Shown: positions 48,203 through 59,887, counted from the first letter of the stretch. The stretch: DNA of 64,000 nucleotides from an uncultured Bdellovibrionales bacterium (GCA_964580285.1 CAZOKB010000003.1:31403-95402), one strand, 5' to 3'. The notes: generated by a model not told the origin, from the sequence alone. Numbers and translations: made by a program.

Positions 48203-49063
48203 TTATTTGTCATTTAACTTCTCATCAATAATGGTCTTGAATGCACTGAATGGCTGGGCGCCCACAACGAGCTGTCCTTCAATTTGACCATCCTTACTCG
48301 AAGCACCAACAACCCACGATGGCGTACCAGAAACTCCAACTGCCGAGCCATCAGCTATATCCTTTGCTACTTCGTCTTTGAACTTTCCGGAATCCAAACA
48401 TTGCTGGAACTGATCCACGTTGAGACCAAGGTTCTTCGCGATCACCGGTAGCTGCGTCAAAGCCAGACCTGTCCCACCGGCAGTAGTCTGAGTGAAGATT
48501 TGGTCGTGAAACTTGAAATACGTGGCATCATTGCTTTGACTTCTGGCACACTCGGCCGCTTCGGCTTCCTTTTGTGCATTCGCGTGAAACGACAACGGAA
48601 AATCACGATAGACCAATTTTACCTTGCCGGTATCAATGTAGTTCTTCTTGAGTTCTGGCAGAAGATCGGTAAACGACTTCTTGCAGAATGGACACTCGTA
48701 GTCCGAAAACTCGATTAATGTCACGGGGGCATTCTTATTTCCGAGTACTGGATCATTATCAACAGAAACTTTTACCGGGCCACTTGGCTGGCCAGCTGGT
48801 TGCTGGGCGGCCGGTGTTGGATTTCCCGATGGCTGTGCTACTATCGCTGAGCCAGAATCAGCTAACTTCTGAAACTTTCCACTGGAAGAAAGGATGCTAG
48901 CACTAATGATGAGCCCTCCGAGAAGAATTGATCCAGCGATAATCCAAGCTCCCCGGCTTGGCATATCTTTCCGCTCCCTCGCACCAACTCCTTTTCCCGC
49001 CTCGCTTTCTCCGCTCTTTGTTTTTACTTCTTCACCTTCTTCTTGTTTGTACCAGTCGTCCAT
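48203..49063 (-). CDS. DsbA-family oxidoreductase
   Basis: EFSDYECPFC, YRDFPL.FH, GVSGTP, GAQP. Confidence 0.93.
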   Translation of the reverse strand: MDDWYKQEEGEEVKTKSGESEAGKGVGARERKDMPSRGAWIIAGSILLGGLIISASILSSSGKFQKLADSGSAIVAQPSGNPTPAAQQPAGQPSGPVKVSVDNDPVLGNKNAPVTLIEFSDYECPFCKKSFTDLLPELKKNYIDTGKVKLVYRDFPLSFHANAQKEAEAAECARSQSNDATYFKFHDQIFTQTTAGGTGLALTQLPVIAKNLGLNVDQFQQCLDSGKFKDEVAKDIADGSAVGVSGTPSWVVGASSKDGQIEGQLVVGAQPFSAFKTIIDEKLNDK

Positions 49064-49088
49064 AATGATGAGTATGTTGATTATTAAC

Positions 49089-50726
49089 TTAATTAGTCTT
49101 TCCCACGGTGTAAGAGAGCATCATTCCGCTCTCCGCATGTTCCAGAATGTGACAATGCGCGACCCAAGTACCTGGATTCGTCGCGTCAAGCAGGATATCG
49201 ACCGTGTCACCCTTGGCTACCAGTACCGTATCTGCCCACACAGGGTTTTCATTTCTCACGCCATTGGTTGAAAGCACCATGAGACGCTGCCCATGAAAGT
49301 GAACCGGATGCTGCATCGGGTGCATGGATTGTGGGTCGTTGAAGATGCGAATCTTTACCTTATCACCCACCTGAAAGTTCCAGTCCTTGATATCCATGTT
49401 TACTTTGCCGCTTGCTTTATCCACAAGCTTCCACTTCATCATGGCAGAAGTAGACTGAGCGTTCATGCCAGACATGGTATCTTCCCACTCCAGCGCATCG
49501 CCATCATCACCCATACCCATGCCTTTGTCTGACATAGCCATCCCGCCACTGCCCATCGAGTGCATCCCGCTCGGCATACCCTTACGCATCTCCGCTGTCA
49601 TATCGAGCGAAAGATTCAGGCTTTTGTCAGGAGCCTTTGAGAGGTACGTGTTCATGAGACCTTCCAGCTCAGAAACAACGGCTCCATTCGTCCGCGCAAC
49701 TGAAAACTCATTGCTATAGGAGGGATTAGCAAGTTCAGAGGAAACCGACACTTTACCCAAGGGGTATTCCTTATCAGGCGTCTGGTGTTTCATCGCATAC
49801 TCACCTGACTTTTCGAAGAAGACATCCACGACACGGCGCTCCCCGGGAGCAATCATTATCTGATCGACAAAAGTTTCTTTTTCATACTTTCCGACATCCG
49901 CACCCACGAGCTTCATCTTGGCTCCAGGAAGAACGAAATTGAAGAGTCGGGTATTAGCGGCATTCGTAAGATAGAGACGCGCCACTTCACCTTGTTTCGC
50001 CTGAAGTCTGTAATCTGTCTCGCCGTTCACGAGCATGACATTTCCAAAACGTCCCATGAGCGTGTGATCAGCCACCTTGGCATCAAACGGGAGCATGCCC
50101 TTGGCATCAAGCGCAATATCATCAAGCATGAGCGGGACTTCGCGATTCACCGGTGCCCAGTAAGCCGTGTCTTTCGGAGTCACAATGATGTTGGCATAGA
50201 GCCCAGATTCGAGTGTGTAATCAGTTCTGACGTGAGGGTGATACCAGAAGACGCCGGGGTCTGAAAACTTGAGCTTGTAGGTAAATGACTCGCCTACAGC
50301 GATTTCTTTTTGAGTCACCCCCGGTACGCCGTCAAACGGATTGTCCATCCGTACTCCATGAGCATGGAGTGTGGTCGCGATGTCGCCGTCATTCTTCAAA
50401 TTGACCGTAATCTCTGAACCCTCGGGAACGCGAATGGTCGGACCAGGGAGAGAACCATTGTAGCCGAGCATTTTCACAGTACGGCCAGCAATTACCTTTT
50501 TCACAGGCGTGATGGCGAGATCAATCGACTGGTTGTTCTTGAGATCGACGATCTGAGACTGGCCAGCCTGTTCTATACTCCCTGACGGCGGCGGGGCATC
50601 CAAACTTGTAGCCGTTTTTTTACTAGAACTAACTTTTGTTTGACGGTTCGTCATTCCATACCAGGTTAGAGAGCCCAGAATGATTGCCGTTACTCCCACC
50701 ACTACTGCTACTTGCTTGTTGTTCAT
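49089..50726 (-). CDS. multicopper oxidase (CueO-like, Met-rich insert)
   Basis: LHAHG, WYHPH, HPVHFHG, HCHILEHAESGMM. Confidence 0.95.
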   Translation of the reverse strand: MNNKQVAVVVGVTAIILGSLTWYGMTNRQTKVSSSKKTATSLDAPPPSGSIEQAGQSQIVDLKNNQSIDLAITPVKKVIAGRTVKMLGYNGSLPGPTIRVPEGSEITVNLKNDGDIATTLHAHGVRMDNPFDGVPGVTQKEIAVGESFTYKLKFSDPGVFWYHPHVRTDYTLESGLYANIIVTPKDTAYWAPVNREVPLMLDDIALDAKGMLPFDAKVADHTLMGRFGNVMLVNGETDYRLQAKQGEVARLYLTNAANTRLFNFVLPGAKMKLVGADVGKYEKETFVDQIMIAPGERRVVDVFFEKSGEYAMKHQTPDKEYPLGKVSVSSELANPSYSNEFSVARTNGAVVSELEGLMNTYLSKAPDKSLNLSLDMTAEMRKGMPSGMHSMGSGGMAMSDKGMGMGDDGDALEWEDTMSGMNAQSTSAMMKWKLVDKASGKVNMDIKDWNFQVGDKVKIRIFNDPQSMHPMQHPVHFHGQRLMVLSTNGVRNENPVWADTVLVAKGDTVDILLDATNPGTWVAHCHILEHAESGMMLSYTVGKTN

Positions 50727-50755
50727 AGAAGTTATTTATTGTTTAAGGATTCACT

Positions 50756-51280
50756 TTAGAGAGTCATAAATTGCGAGAAGTCATTTCCCTTCTTCTGATA
50801 TATCTCGTATGGAGCCTGCTTCACGCCAGGCATGCCGGGCGTCCCTATCGGCATACCCGGGAGACCGATACCGTCGATATCCGGCTTTTCCGAAAGCAGT
50901 TTCTCGACAGCAATCAGTGGCACATGTCCTTCAACAAAGTAATCTCCGATCACGGTCGTATGGCAGCTCTGCTTATCTTCTTCAATACCATATTGTTCCT
51001 TTATGGAACCCATGTCCTGAGTGGATTTCACGTCGACCTCATATCCTTGCCTCTTCAACTCTGCAATGTAGCCATTGCAACACCCGCAATTCGGCGCTTT
51101 ATACACTGTTGCTTTGCGCTCAATTGGAAGGGCAGCAATTTCTCCCGCGCTTTCCTGCACAGCCGTTTCTGTAGCAGCTGTTTTTTCGATCCCGGAATTT
51201 TTTTCAGGACCGGAAAATAACACTCTTCCTCCAATCACTATTCCGAGCACTATAATTCCTATAAAGAATAGGCGTATCAT
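50756..51280 (-). CDS. DUF411/CopG-like metal-binding protein
   Basis: CGCC, SCHT, EGHVP, PGMP.G.PGM. Confidence 0.9.
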   Translation of the reverse strand: MIRLFFIGIIVLGIVIGGRVLFSGPEKNSGIEKTAATETAVQESAGEIAALPIERKATVYKAPNCGCCNGYIAELKRQGYEVDVKSTQDMGSIKEQYGIEEDKQSCHTTVIGDYFVEGHVPLIAVEKLLSEKPDIDGIGLPGMPIGTPGMPGVKQAPYEIYQKKGNDFSQFMTL

Positions 51281-51307
51281 AAGACTTTATTCATAATTAT
51301 AAGGACA

Positions 51308-54300
51308 CTACTTTTTGAATCGAAACTCAGAGCCGACAAAGTGGAAGGCATCCAAAACTGATTTCGTTTCGGGCAATACTCCGGCTACAATCACTGCGTT
51401 ACCGAAAAAGTTATCAATCCGATCCCCCTCTTTATCGAAGAGTTTTTCGGCTCGCATCACCGCTGCTTCCGCAGAACCAATATAGATCGGTTGGTAGCGT
51501 TTGCCGCCGATTTTGACCGGAGCAAAGGCATCGTCAGCCATCATCTTACGGAAAGCCTCCGGAACATTATTCTGGTTAACACGATAGAAGAACTTCAACT
51601 CTCCATTGTCCGTCAGCAAAGCATCGGTTTCCGCCACAGTTTTTAGTCCATCGAAGCTTCCCTTGCTCAGGATATGAAACTCATCAAGAACGGTCCCGGT
51701 AGACGCCAGTACTCCGCCGACACGTATTTCAGGCGCACCGAAAAATTCCTTGAGTGTATCGCCTGATTTTTCGAAGAGTTTTTCCTGTTGCATCAATGCC
51801 GCTTCATTCGCTCCGATAAGCATCATATTGCCAGAAAGCGCTAGCGCCCCATCCGATACCTTCAAAGACCGTTCCGGATTTTCAGCTCCCAAGAAAAGCT
51901 TTGGCATTTCTCCGGCAAGATTGAGTTTGATCGGGTTATCGGCAATATAGGCCGCAATTTCCTTGGTCGCGCCAAACGCCATCTCTCCAGTCTTTGCTGT
52001 TTCCATTGATTGTCCACTGAATTTGGCAAATTGGAAGAAGAGAGCTGAGAACGCGACAACCATCACGAGCGGGGCTGCCAAAGAAACAAAGTTCCTTCTT
52101 CCTGGTCTGAAGAAACGGAGGAGGAGAGAATTACCTACGACAGAGATGGAGGACAGAGCCATAGCAAGACCAGCAAGCTCTGGCTTCAAGACCAAACCAA
52201 CCCCAGCAAACACTCGGGCTGCCACTGGAATACCCATCACATTGTAGAAGAGCGCGAAGAACATATTTTGCTTGATCTTTGACATGCTTTCTTTAGAGAG
52301 CTCGATAGCCGTCACCACGTCATGAACGTCGCTTCGCATGAGAACGATATCACCCGCCTCCATAGCAACATCCGTTCCCGATCCCATGGCTACCCCCAGA
52401 TCAGCTTGTGCCAATGCTGGAGCATCATTGATCCCATCACCCACCATAGCGACCCGTTTCCCTTTCTTCTGAAGTTCCTTCACATGTTCTGCCTTGTCCT
52501 CAGGCAATACTTCAGCAAACACATTGGTCACCCCAACCTGCGAGGCGATGGCGTTGGCCGTCCGAGCATTATCGCCAGTGATCATGTAGACTTCGATTCC
52601 CATTCCTGCCAACTTTTTCACAGCGTCACGCGAAGATTCTTTCACGGTATCGGCGACCGCGACCGCTCCGAGAACTTTTTCCCGAGTAGCCAAAATCATA
52701 GCGGTTTTCCCTTGTTCTTCCAGGCGCATGAGTTTCCGATTGATGCGATCAAGGGGGAGTTTGATAACATCGGTGATAAGTCTCCGATTTCCGAAGAAAT
52801 ATTCGGTACCAGCGATACTTCCTTGCACACCATGTCCTGGGATGGCCTTGAAGTCGCTCACGTCTTCCAAAGCACAACCTTCTTCTTTTGAATACTCATA
52901 GATGGCTTCAGCTAAAGGATGTTCCGAAAGCTTTTCCAAGCTGGCAGCTATTTCCAAGACTTCATCTTCATCGGCATCATTGAAAGTAAGGATATCTGTC
53001 ACCTCGGGCTTTCCTTTCGTGAGAGTGCCGGTCTTATCAAAGATAACCGCATTGATTTTGCAGGCGGCTTCCAACGCTTCGCCACCTTTGATGAGAATTC
53101 CGTTCTCTGCGCCTTTCCCCGTACCGACCATGAGCGCTGTCGGCGTCGCTAGTCCCAAGGCACAAGGACAGGCAATCACTATGACAGCGGTAAAGGCCAT
53201 GAGAGCAAACGCCAGGGTAGCCCCCAAGAAGAAGTACCAGATAACGAATGTAAGGAGAGCAATCCCGATCACGGCTGGGACAAACCAAGCAGAAATACGG
53301 TCGGCAAAATTCTGAATCGGCGCTTTCGAGCCCTGCGCTTCTTCGATAAGGCGAATAATCTGCGCCAACGCTGTTTCGCTTCCTATCCGAGTCGCTTCAA
53401 ATTCAAACCCGCCCGTCTTGTTGACCGTCCCGCCGATCACCATGTCGCCTTCATTTTTTTCTATCGGGAGACTTTCTCCAGTAATCATAGATTCATCAAC
53501 CGCTGAGGAACCTTTGATAATTTTTCCATCGACAGGGATCTTCTCGCCGGGACGAACAATGATGATATCCCCGTGAACGACTGCGTCCACCGGTACATCG
53601 AGCGTTTCACCATTTCGCATTACCCGAGCGGTTTTGGCCTGGAGACCCATGAGCTTTTTGATGGCGTCAGACGTCCTTCCCTTGGTTCGAACCTCAAGCC
53701 ATTTACCGAGAATGACAAAGGTGATGAGGAAAGCCGCTGTTTCAAAGTAAAGCTCTGGGATTTTGGAACCGTTGAGACCGATGACGCTATCATTTTTCAC
53801 TACATAAAGAACAAAGTTCACAAGGCTATAGAAGAACGCCGTCGACGTACCGATTGCAATAAGACTATCCATGTTGAATGTCTTCATCTTAAGCGCCGAC
53901 CAAGCACCTTTGTAGAATCCCGCTCCGATAATGAATTGGATGGGAATGGTGAAAAGCAGGGAGAATATGCCGACATAGGGAAGAAGCGATGCTTTTCCAG
54001 GGAGCACAAAGAAATCAAGTAGCATGAAATAGAGCATCGGGAGGCTCATAATGAAGCCGAAGATGAACTTGTTGAAGTAACTGCTGATTTCCCTATCGCG
54101 CTTTCGACGCTCGTACTCCGTATCTTTCGGGTCAACTTCTTCTGCTTTGTATCCAGCTTTCGCCACCGCTTGTTTGAGTGTGGTGACCTCTACTTTGCCC
54201 TCATCAAACACCACCAGGGCCTTTTCGGCCGCGAAATTCACATTCGCCTGTTTGACCCCCGGAACTTTCTTGAGCGAGCGTTCGATGAGGTTGGCACACG

Positions 54301-54916
54301 ATGAACAGTGCATCCCAAACAAGGAAAGACTCATCCGTCTCTGCGGATCAAGGCTTGTACCAACTTTTGCCCCTGTTCCTTGATTGATAACAGGAACGAT
54401 TGTTTCTTGATTCGGCAGATTGCTTCCATTTCGAGAAAGACTTCCTCCGATGCCCTGAATACTGCCTATCGCTCTCAGAATTTGGTTGACGATATCTTTC
54501 GACGGAGTACCTGTCTCTGGCATATCAACTTCTGCCGATTGACTGTTCAAGATGGTTCCCTCGAAGTATGGTCTGCCATTCCCATCTTCCAAAACTTTTC
54601 CATCGGCTTCTACACGAGACTCGATTTTTACTTTCAGTCGAACATCCATTGCCTTCTCACTATCCTCCTCGTGGTTCTCTTTTATTGAGGCAACACCCTC
54701 ATCCGAAACAATTCCCTCATATCCCGCTCGCCTGATGGCCTCTAGCGATTGCTCGAGGGTGCTTCTCGTCTCATCGAGAAGAAATACCCCTTGACCAGCC
54801 TCATGGTCAATCTGAATCTCACTGATTCCAGGAAGCTCCTTGAGTTCTTCACCGATGAGCATTTCACAGGAGTGACACGTCATTCCCTTAATGGATACTG
54901 TTATTCGTTTAGTCAT
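51308..54916 (-). CDS. copA: copper P1B-1 ATPase with two HMA domains and a duplicated C-terminal extension
   Basis: [32 protein letters not shown] and MALSS; 1202 aa. Confidence 0.93.
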   Translation of the reverse strand: MTKRITVSIKGMTCHSCEMLIGEELKELPGISEIQIDHEAGQGVFLLDETRSTLEQSLEAIRRAGYEGIVSDEGVASIKENHEEDSEKAMDVRLKVKIESRVEADGKVLEDGNGRPYFEGTILNSQSAEVDMPETGTPSKDIVNQILRAIGSIQGIGGSLSRNGSNLPNQETIVPVINQGTGAKVGTSLDPQRRMSLSLFGMHCSSCANLIERSLKKVPGVKQANVNFAAEKALVVFDEGKVEVTTLKQAVAKAGYKAEEVDPKDTEYERRKRDREISSYFNKFIFGFIMSLPMLYFMLLDFFVLPGKASLLPYVGIFSLLFTIPIQFIIGAGFYKGAWSALKMKTFNMDSLIAIGTSTAFFYSLVNFVLYVVKNDSVIGLNGSKIPELYFETAAFLITFVILGKWLEVRTKGRTSDAIKKLMGLQAKTARVMRNGETLDVPVDAVVHGDIIIVRPGEKIPVDGKIIKGSSAVDESMITGESLPIEKNEGDMVIGGTVNKTGGFEFEATRIGSETALAQIIRLIEEAQGSKAPIQNFADRISAWFVPAVIGIALLTFVIWYFFLGATLAFALMAFTAVIVIACPCALGLATPTALMVGTGKGAENGILIKGGEALEAACKINAVIFDKTGTLTKGKPEVTDILTFNDADEDEVLEIAASLEKLSEHPLAEAIYEYSKEEGCALEDVSDFKAIPGHGVQGSIAGTEYFFGNRRLITDVIKLPLDRINRKLMRLEEQGKTAMILATREKVLGAVAVADTVKESSRDAVKKLAGMGIEVYMITGDNARTANAIASQVGVTNVFAEVLPEDKAEHVKELQKKGKRVAMVGDGINDAPALAQADLGVAMGSGTDVAMEAGDIVLMRSDVHDVVTAIELSKESMSKIKQNMFFALFYNVMGIPVAARVFAGVGLVLKPELAGLAMALSSISVVGNSLLLRFFRPGRRNFVSLAAPLVMVVAFSALFFQFAKFSGQSMETAKTGEMAFGATKEIAAYIADNPIKLNLAGEMPKLFLGAENPERSLKVSDGALALSGNMMLIGANEAALMQQEKLFEKSGDTLKEFFGAPEIRVGGVLASTGTVLDEFHILSKGSFDGLKTVAETDALLTDNGELKFFYRVNQNNVPEAFRKMMADDAFAPVKIGGKRYQPIYIGSAEAAVMRAEKLFDKEGDRIDNFFGNAVIVAGVLPETKSVLDAFHFVGSEFRFKK

Positions 54917-54949
54917 AAGAAGATTTCATAGAGTTATCAATCAAATACT

Positions 54950-55156
54950 TTACGCGGTCGTCACGATATATTCCATTCCCTGAAGCGCATTTTCAACTTC
55001 TGATAAGTTTATTTCGCGGTTCGCGGTGAGTTCGGCTTTCCCATCTTTTGTGATAGAAAACTCCGAAGTTCCATCAATTTTTTTCATTTTCATCGTGATA
55101 AGTTTGACGCATGAATCACAATGCATGCCCGCAACATTGAAGAGTAGTTTGTACAT
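54950..55156 (-). CDS. CopZ-like copper chaperone
   Basis: GMHCDSC, 68 aa. Confidence 0.88.
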   Translation of the reverse strand: MYKLLFNVAGMHCDSCVKLITMKMKKIDGTSEFSITKDGKAELTANREINLSEVENALQGMEYIVTTA

Positions 55157-55201
55157 AATCTTATGGTTAATTCAAGGCTTGTTTTGATTCTGGTTGATTT
55201 A

Positions 55202-56572
55202 TCAGCTGGCAGCCACGACGGTAAACACGCCCCGATACATACCCATAGAACATGAGAATGGGATCTGTCCAACTTCTTTCGGTGTGAACTCAATGACGTT
55301 TTGTCCAAGTGACAGATTCTTTCGGACCCCGATTTTCGAAGCAATAACCGTTGAAGCACAGGTGTACTGATCTTTGGCATCAATAACCCATTTGACTGGG
55401 ATGCCTTGCTGAATGGTGAATTTGCTCGGGGCATAGCCACTGGAGCTTTCTGTCATGCGCACAACTTGAACGCCATTTTCAATTTTTACGTTCGGATCAG
55501 TCGACTGGGCAGCTACCGCTTTTGTATCAGCTCCAGAAGAAACACTTAGTTGCCAGTCCGTCAGATTGAGACCGTTGTTAATATTGAAGAAGGCCAGTGC
55601 TATCACAACGATTCCGGCGAATTTGAAGAATCGTTGCGCAAAAATGCCCTTGATGACAGAAGTTAATCCACCGATACCCAGAAGCCCCGGGGCTGTTCCC
55701 AGAGCGAAGAGTCCCATGATGAGACTTCCCTGCATGAAGCTTCCCGTACTTACAGCGTAGATTTGCATTGCTTGAGTGAAACCGCAGGGCAGAAAAAAGG
55801 TCATGGCCCCGAGAACAAATGAATTTTTGTGACTGTACTCTCTCTGTTTGTCGCTGATACCCAGTAACCGACTGATTCCTTTAGGAAGAGCAAAACTTAC
55901 TGTTTCCAACCGCGGGCACACGCCTGTCAGTTTCACGCCAAGGAGCAGCATGACAACACCGACGGCTATGGTAACAATACCGAGAGTGGTTCCAGAAAGT
56001 TGGAGAAATGAACCGAGCGACCCAAGAAGACCACCGAGGACGGCGTACGAGAGAATGCGACCAAGATTGAAGAAAAGATGCGGGCGAAACTTCTGCAATG
56101 GAGTCGCTTCGGGATGTTTTTCTGAATGTCGGGCAGAAATTCCCAGCACCAATCCTCCTACTAAGGCAAGGCAGGTAGAAAATCCTGCTGTGAGTCCGAC
56201 GAGGAGCGCCACCGAAAGACTCGTCGGTTTCGCTGCGTTTCCGACATTTATGAGATCAGAGAACCCAAATTCTTTGAGGATGAAGTAGAGTCCTACGACG
56301 AACAAAAATGCGATGCCCAGATCCTTATAATCACTCGCATTCCGACTGAACCAAGGCTTTTTCCCGACGACTCCGATCGTATACCCCGCTTCCCGCACGG
56401 CATTTTCAATCGCCTGTTTGCTCGGTTTGACTTCGTACGAAACTTCAGCAACTCCTTTCTTGTAATTGACGTAACTTTTTTTGATTTCTGGAATTTCGGA
56501 GAGCTTATCTTCAATAAGAATTTCACAAGATCTGCAGTGCATTCCAGCGATAGGTACTAAAAGTTTTTTCAT
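55202..56572 (-). CDS. HMA + DsbD_2/TauE-like + cupredoxin fusion protein
   Basis: GMHCRSC; STC...GG, FNLGR..Y, LPCGFTQ; FSCSMGMY. Confidence 0.88.
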   Translation of the reverse strand: MKKLLVPIAGMHCRSCEILIEDKLSEIPEIKKSYVNYKKGVAEVSYEVKPSKQAIENAVREAGYTIGVVGKKPWFSRNASDYKDLGIAFLFVVGLYFILKEFGFSDLINVGNAAKPTSLSVALLVGLTAGFSTCLALVGGLVLGISARHSEKHPEATPLQKFRPHLFFNLGRILSYAVLGGLLGSLGSFLQLSGTTLGIVTIAVGVVMLLLGVKLTGVCPRLETVSFALPKGISRLLGISDKQREYSHKNSFVLGAMTFFLPCGFTQAMQIYAVSTGSFMQGSLIMGLFALGTAPGLLGIGGLTSVIKGIFAQRFFKFAGIVVIALAFFNINNGLNLTDWQLSVSSGADTKAVAAQSTDPNVKIENGVQVVRMTESSSGYAPSKFTIQQGIPVKWVIDAKDQYTCASTVIASKIGVRKNLSLGQNVIEFTPKEVGQIPFSCSMGMYRGVFTVVAAS

Positions 56573-56696
56573 AGAATACATTGATTTGACGATTAAAACC
56601 CATTCACATAATAAAATGGGTACAAAAAGTGCCAGGGCAGAGAAAGAGTATCCAAAAGGACAAACTGTCTCAGCTTCCTGACACACTTCAATCAAT

Positions 56697-57122
56697 CTAT
56701 TCTTTTTTGGCTACGGTAAGAATGAGGTCCTGCAAGGGCAGGATCTCGGGCGGTTCGAAGGCTTCGATGTTCAATCCGTCAACAAGTGATGGAGCTATAA
56801 AAACTCCCTGTAAGGCGAGATTTGGAAGTTGCAAAATCTCTTGAGATTTTTTTATCGTTCCGACATTATCTTTGGTTTGTCCACACTCCAGAGAGCAGTT
56901 CTTTACATGACTCTGAGTGAGCGGTAGATGTACCATGGAGTTCATGCTGCTATCAGTCCCCATAATCCCATTATCCTGTTCGTCTACAGGGCTTTGATTG
57001 CTCATATCCATCATTCCAGAGGAGGCTTGGGCTGTGAGCATAGGAAAAACACACGGCCCACCAGTTGAGAGCATTACCGCTAAAATAAGCACAAGAAGAG
57101 GGATTTTTTTGATCTTCATCAT
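56697..57122 (-). CDS. hypothetical exported Met/Cys-containing protein heading the copper operon
   Basis: signal-like N-terminus, Met-rich middle, CSLEC. Confidence 0.55.
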   Translation of the reverse strand: MMKIKKIPLLVLILAVMLSTGGPCVFPMLTAQASSGMMDMSNQSPVDEQDNGIMGTDSSMNSMVHLPLTQSHVKNCSLECGQTKDNVGTIKKSQEILQLPNLALQGVFIAPSLVDGLNIEAFEPPEILPLQDLILTVAKKE

Positions 57123-57314
57123 AAAGCCCCTCAATAGTACCATGATTTTTACAAAAACTCCATAAACCTGTGGTCTCATGGAGTGCAGTATGTATGCGAA
57201 TTTATGCAATGGCTTGATGCTAGGTTTTGTTTAAAAATGAATCGCTATTATGCAATAAATTTCTATTTTTGCATAGGCTTAGCAAAACAAGTGATCTGCG
57301 TCATCAATAGGTAT

Positions 57315-58634
57315 ATGGAACCATATACCACAGCCAGAATCGGTGACGAAATAGCTCCACCTATCCAAAAGATCCGGTATGTCCTCTATGCTAGAAAATC
57401 AACCGAATCAGAAGAACGCCAGGTACTCTCCATTGATTCCCAAGTGAAGGAAATGCTCCAACTCGCCGAGCGAGACAATCTCGATATAGTTGAGATCCGG
57501 CGTGAATCCCACAGCGCAAAGGAATCTGGCCAGCGGCCAGTCTATCGGGAAATCTTGGAGGATATCCGAGGTGGCAGGTTCAACGGCATTCTCACCTGGG
57601 CACCGGATCGACTTTCTCGTAATGCTGGTGATCTAGGAAGCGTCGTTGACCTCATGGATCAGCAACTCCTCATGGAAATCCGAACCTACGGACAAACATT
57701 CAAAAACTCTCCCAATGAAAAGTTTTTGCTGATGATCCTCTGTAGTCAAGCAAAGCTGGAAAATGACAACAAGAGTATCAATGTAAAACGAGGACTGCGA
57801 ACGAGAGTTGAAATGGGATTATGGCCAGGTCCACCGCCTACTGGATACATGAAAGAAAAGCGAATGGATCGAAAATGTGAAACACTGATTGATCCAGAAC
57901 GGGCACCAGTGATCAAAAAGATGTTTGAAAAAGTGGCCTATGAACATTGGAGCGGACGAAAGATCTACAATTGGCTTAAATTTGATCTGAACTTCAAAAG
58001 TGCTGCTGGAAAAAAGAATTTAAGCCTCGGCAATATTTACCGGCTCTTAGATAACACCTTCTATTACGGAGTGTTTGAATATCCAAGAAAATCAGGAAAC
58101 TGGTACACAGGAAAACACAAGCCAATCATCACCAAAGAGCTTTTTGATCTCGTTCAGAGACAGATAAAGAGCCAAATCTTAAGGGTTGAGGGAAAAGAGT
58201 TCGCTTTCACCAAAATGATGACTTGCAGATTATGTGGATCAGGGATAAGCGCTGACGAGAAATTCAAAAAGAAAAGAGGTGGCGGGGTTCATCGGTATGT
58301 CTACTACGGCTGTACCAAAGCCCGAGGAGCTGATTGTAAATGTGGCTACACTGAAGAAAAAGAAATCCTAAAACAATTTGAAGAATTGATAGACAAGATA
58401 AACCTCAATGAGATCGAGGTAAAGGAAAAGATCAAAGCAGATATTGAGCAGTTTTCCAAAATGCAGAAGTTCTTTCTCGGAACAAAAGAAAAGATTAGCG
58501 TCCCGAGCGTTGATATCCGAGGATATGCTAAGTACGTCCTCAGAGAAGGTACGAATGAAGAAAAACGAGAAATACTGGGCTGTTTGAAAAGCCGGATCTA
58601 CCTCGCAGAGAAGAAAATAACTCTAACCACATGA
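57315..58634 (+). CDS. large serine recombinase
   Basis: YARKST catalytic Ser, DRLSRN, GY, FY.G, C..CG zinc ribbon, YYGC. Confidence 0.93.
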   Translation: MEPYTTARIGDEIAPPIQKIRYVLYARKSTESEERQVLSIDSQVKEMLQLAERDNLDIVEIRRESHSAKESGQRPVYREILEDIRGGRFNGILTWAPDRLSRNAGDLGSVVDLMDQQLLMEIRTYGQTFKNSPNEKFLLMILCSQAKLENDNKSINVKRGLRTRVEMGLWPGPPPTGYMKEKRMDRKCETLIDPERAPVIKKMFEKVAYEHWSGRKIYNWLKFDLNFKSAAGKKNLSLGNIYRLLDNTFYYGVFEYPRKSGNWYTGKHKPIITKELFDLVQRQIKSQILRVEGKEFAFTKMMTCRLCGSGISADEKFKKKRGGGVHRYVYYGCTKARGADCKCGYTEEKEILKQFEELIDKINLNEIEVKEKIKADIEQFSKMQKFFLGTKEKISVPSVDIRGYAKYVLREGTNEEKREILGCLKSRIYLAEKKITLTT

Positions 58635-58745
58635 AACCACCATAGAATCGGAAGGTTGATTTTGGTCCCTTAAAAAGCTATACTGGTCGTACAATGTTGC
58701 CTAAACTTCTGCCCCAAAAAGGTAGCGGCATGGCTCAATAATAGA

Positions 58746-58854
58746 ACCTACGTCAATAAAAACGGTCTCGTGACCGGCACTTATTGACGTAGGTCGATAG
58801 CTCGAAAGAGTTGTCGGGCAGTTTCGAAAGGAATTGTCGTCCGGTTCGCGGGAC
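58746..58854 (+). ncRNA. putative structured leader RNA (four contiguous hairpins)
   Basis: 14-bp stem ACCTACGTCAATAA/TTATTGACGTAGGT, two GAAA-tetraloop stems with G-U pairs, fourth short stem. Confidence 0.55.
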
Positions 58855-58916
58855 CATTTTTGTATCTTAAAAAATGAACCAGCAGTTTTTCAATCAATAA
58901 ATCCTACGTCAAATTT

Positions 58917-59873
58917 ATGAAAAAATGCCCCCATTGTTCTGAAGAGATTCAGGACGAAGCAAGTAAGTGTCGATTTTGTGGCGAATGGCTAAACAAGATC
59001 AATGCAAGCCAACCTATCCAAAAAACACCGGAGCAAAAAGAAACTGAGGCGAAACAAAACAAGAAGATTCTCAAAGTTATTGGATGGGTAGTCGCTATCT
59101 TTTTTGGAATCACCTTCTGGTATGTGGCGCTGCCGATTCTGGTTCCAGTTCTCATTTATAAAAAGACAAAACTTCCTCCCAAAAAGAAGCTCACCTTATC
59201 TGGAGCCGCTTTTGTGGTACTTGCACTGATCGGAGGGAGCTTTCTCTACTCGGCTAATCGAGTTCCAACGATTAAGATCACTGAGCCAGAAAATAATCTC
59301 ACCCTCCAAGAGAAGAAGGTGACTGTGAAAGGATCTATCGAACCAAGTAGTGCGGAATTGAAAGTTGGAGGACAAATTATCCCAACAACAAACGGTGAAT
59401 TTTCCTACGATGCTAGACTCGGCAACGAAAACAACACCTTCACCTTTGTCGTCCGAAATGGATCCAACGATGCTCAAGCTACAATCACTATCAATCGAGC
59501 TTTCACTGATGAAGAAAGAGCTGAAATAGAACGGCAAGCCCTAGAAGCTAAGAGACAGCGAGAAGAGGAAGTAAAGCAAAAAGCAGAGGAGGAAAAGCAG
59601 AAGCAGGAAGCGCTCAAGCGAAGCCACATATCAGAGGCCCAAGCTTGCTCTCAAGCAAGAGTTGAGTCCATGCTTAAAGCTCCAAAGACAGCTGACTTCC
59701 CAACTTCATCACACTGGAAGATTACTCCTCTCGGTGATGATAAGTATCGGACAATAAGCTATGTGGATGCAGAGAATAGTTTCGGTGCACAGATTAGATC
59801 GAACTTTATCTGCGAAATAACGGTTACCGATCCGGCAAATGTGCTCTGTACTGGGACATGCACTCTTGAATAA
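58917..59873 (+). CDS. zinc-ribbon membrane protein with Ig-like and coiled-coil regions
   Basis: CPHC.EEI...A.KCRFCGE, TMs, YVDAENSFGA motif. Confidence 0.8.
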   Translation: MKKCPHCSEEIQDEASKCRFCGEWLNKINASQPIQKTPEQKETEAKQNKKILKVIGWVVAIFFGITFWYVALPILVPVLIYKKTKLPPKKKLTLSGAAFVVLALIGGSFLYSANRVPTIKITEPENNLTLQEKKVTVKGSIEPSSAELKVGGQIIPTTNGEFSYDARLGNENNTFTFVVRNGSNDAQATITINRAFTDEERAEIERQALEAKRQREEEVKQKAEEEKQKQEALKRSHISEAQACSQARVESMLKAPKTADFPTSSHWKITPLGDDKYRTISYVDAENSFGAQIRSNFICEITVTDPANVLCTGTCTLE

Positions 59874-59887
59874 CTGACTGAGTAACT

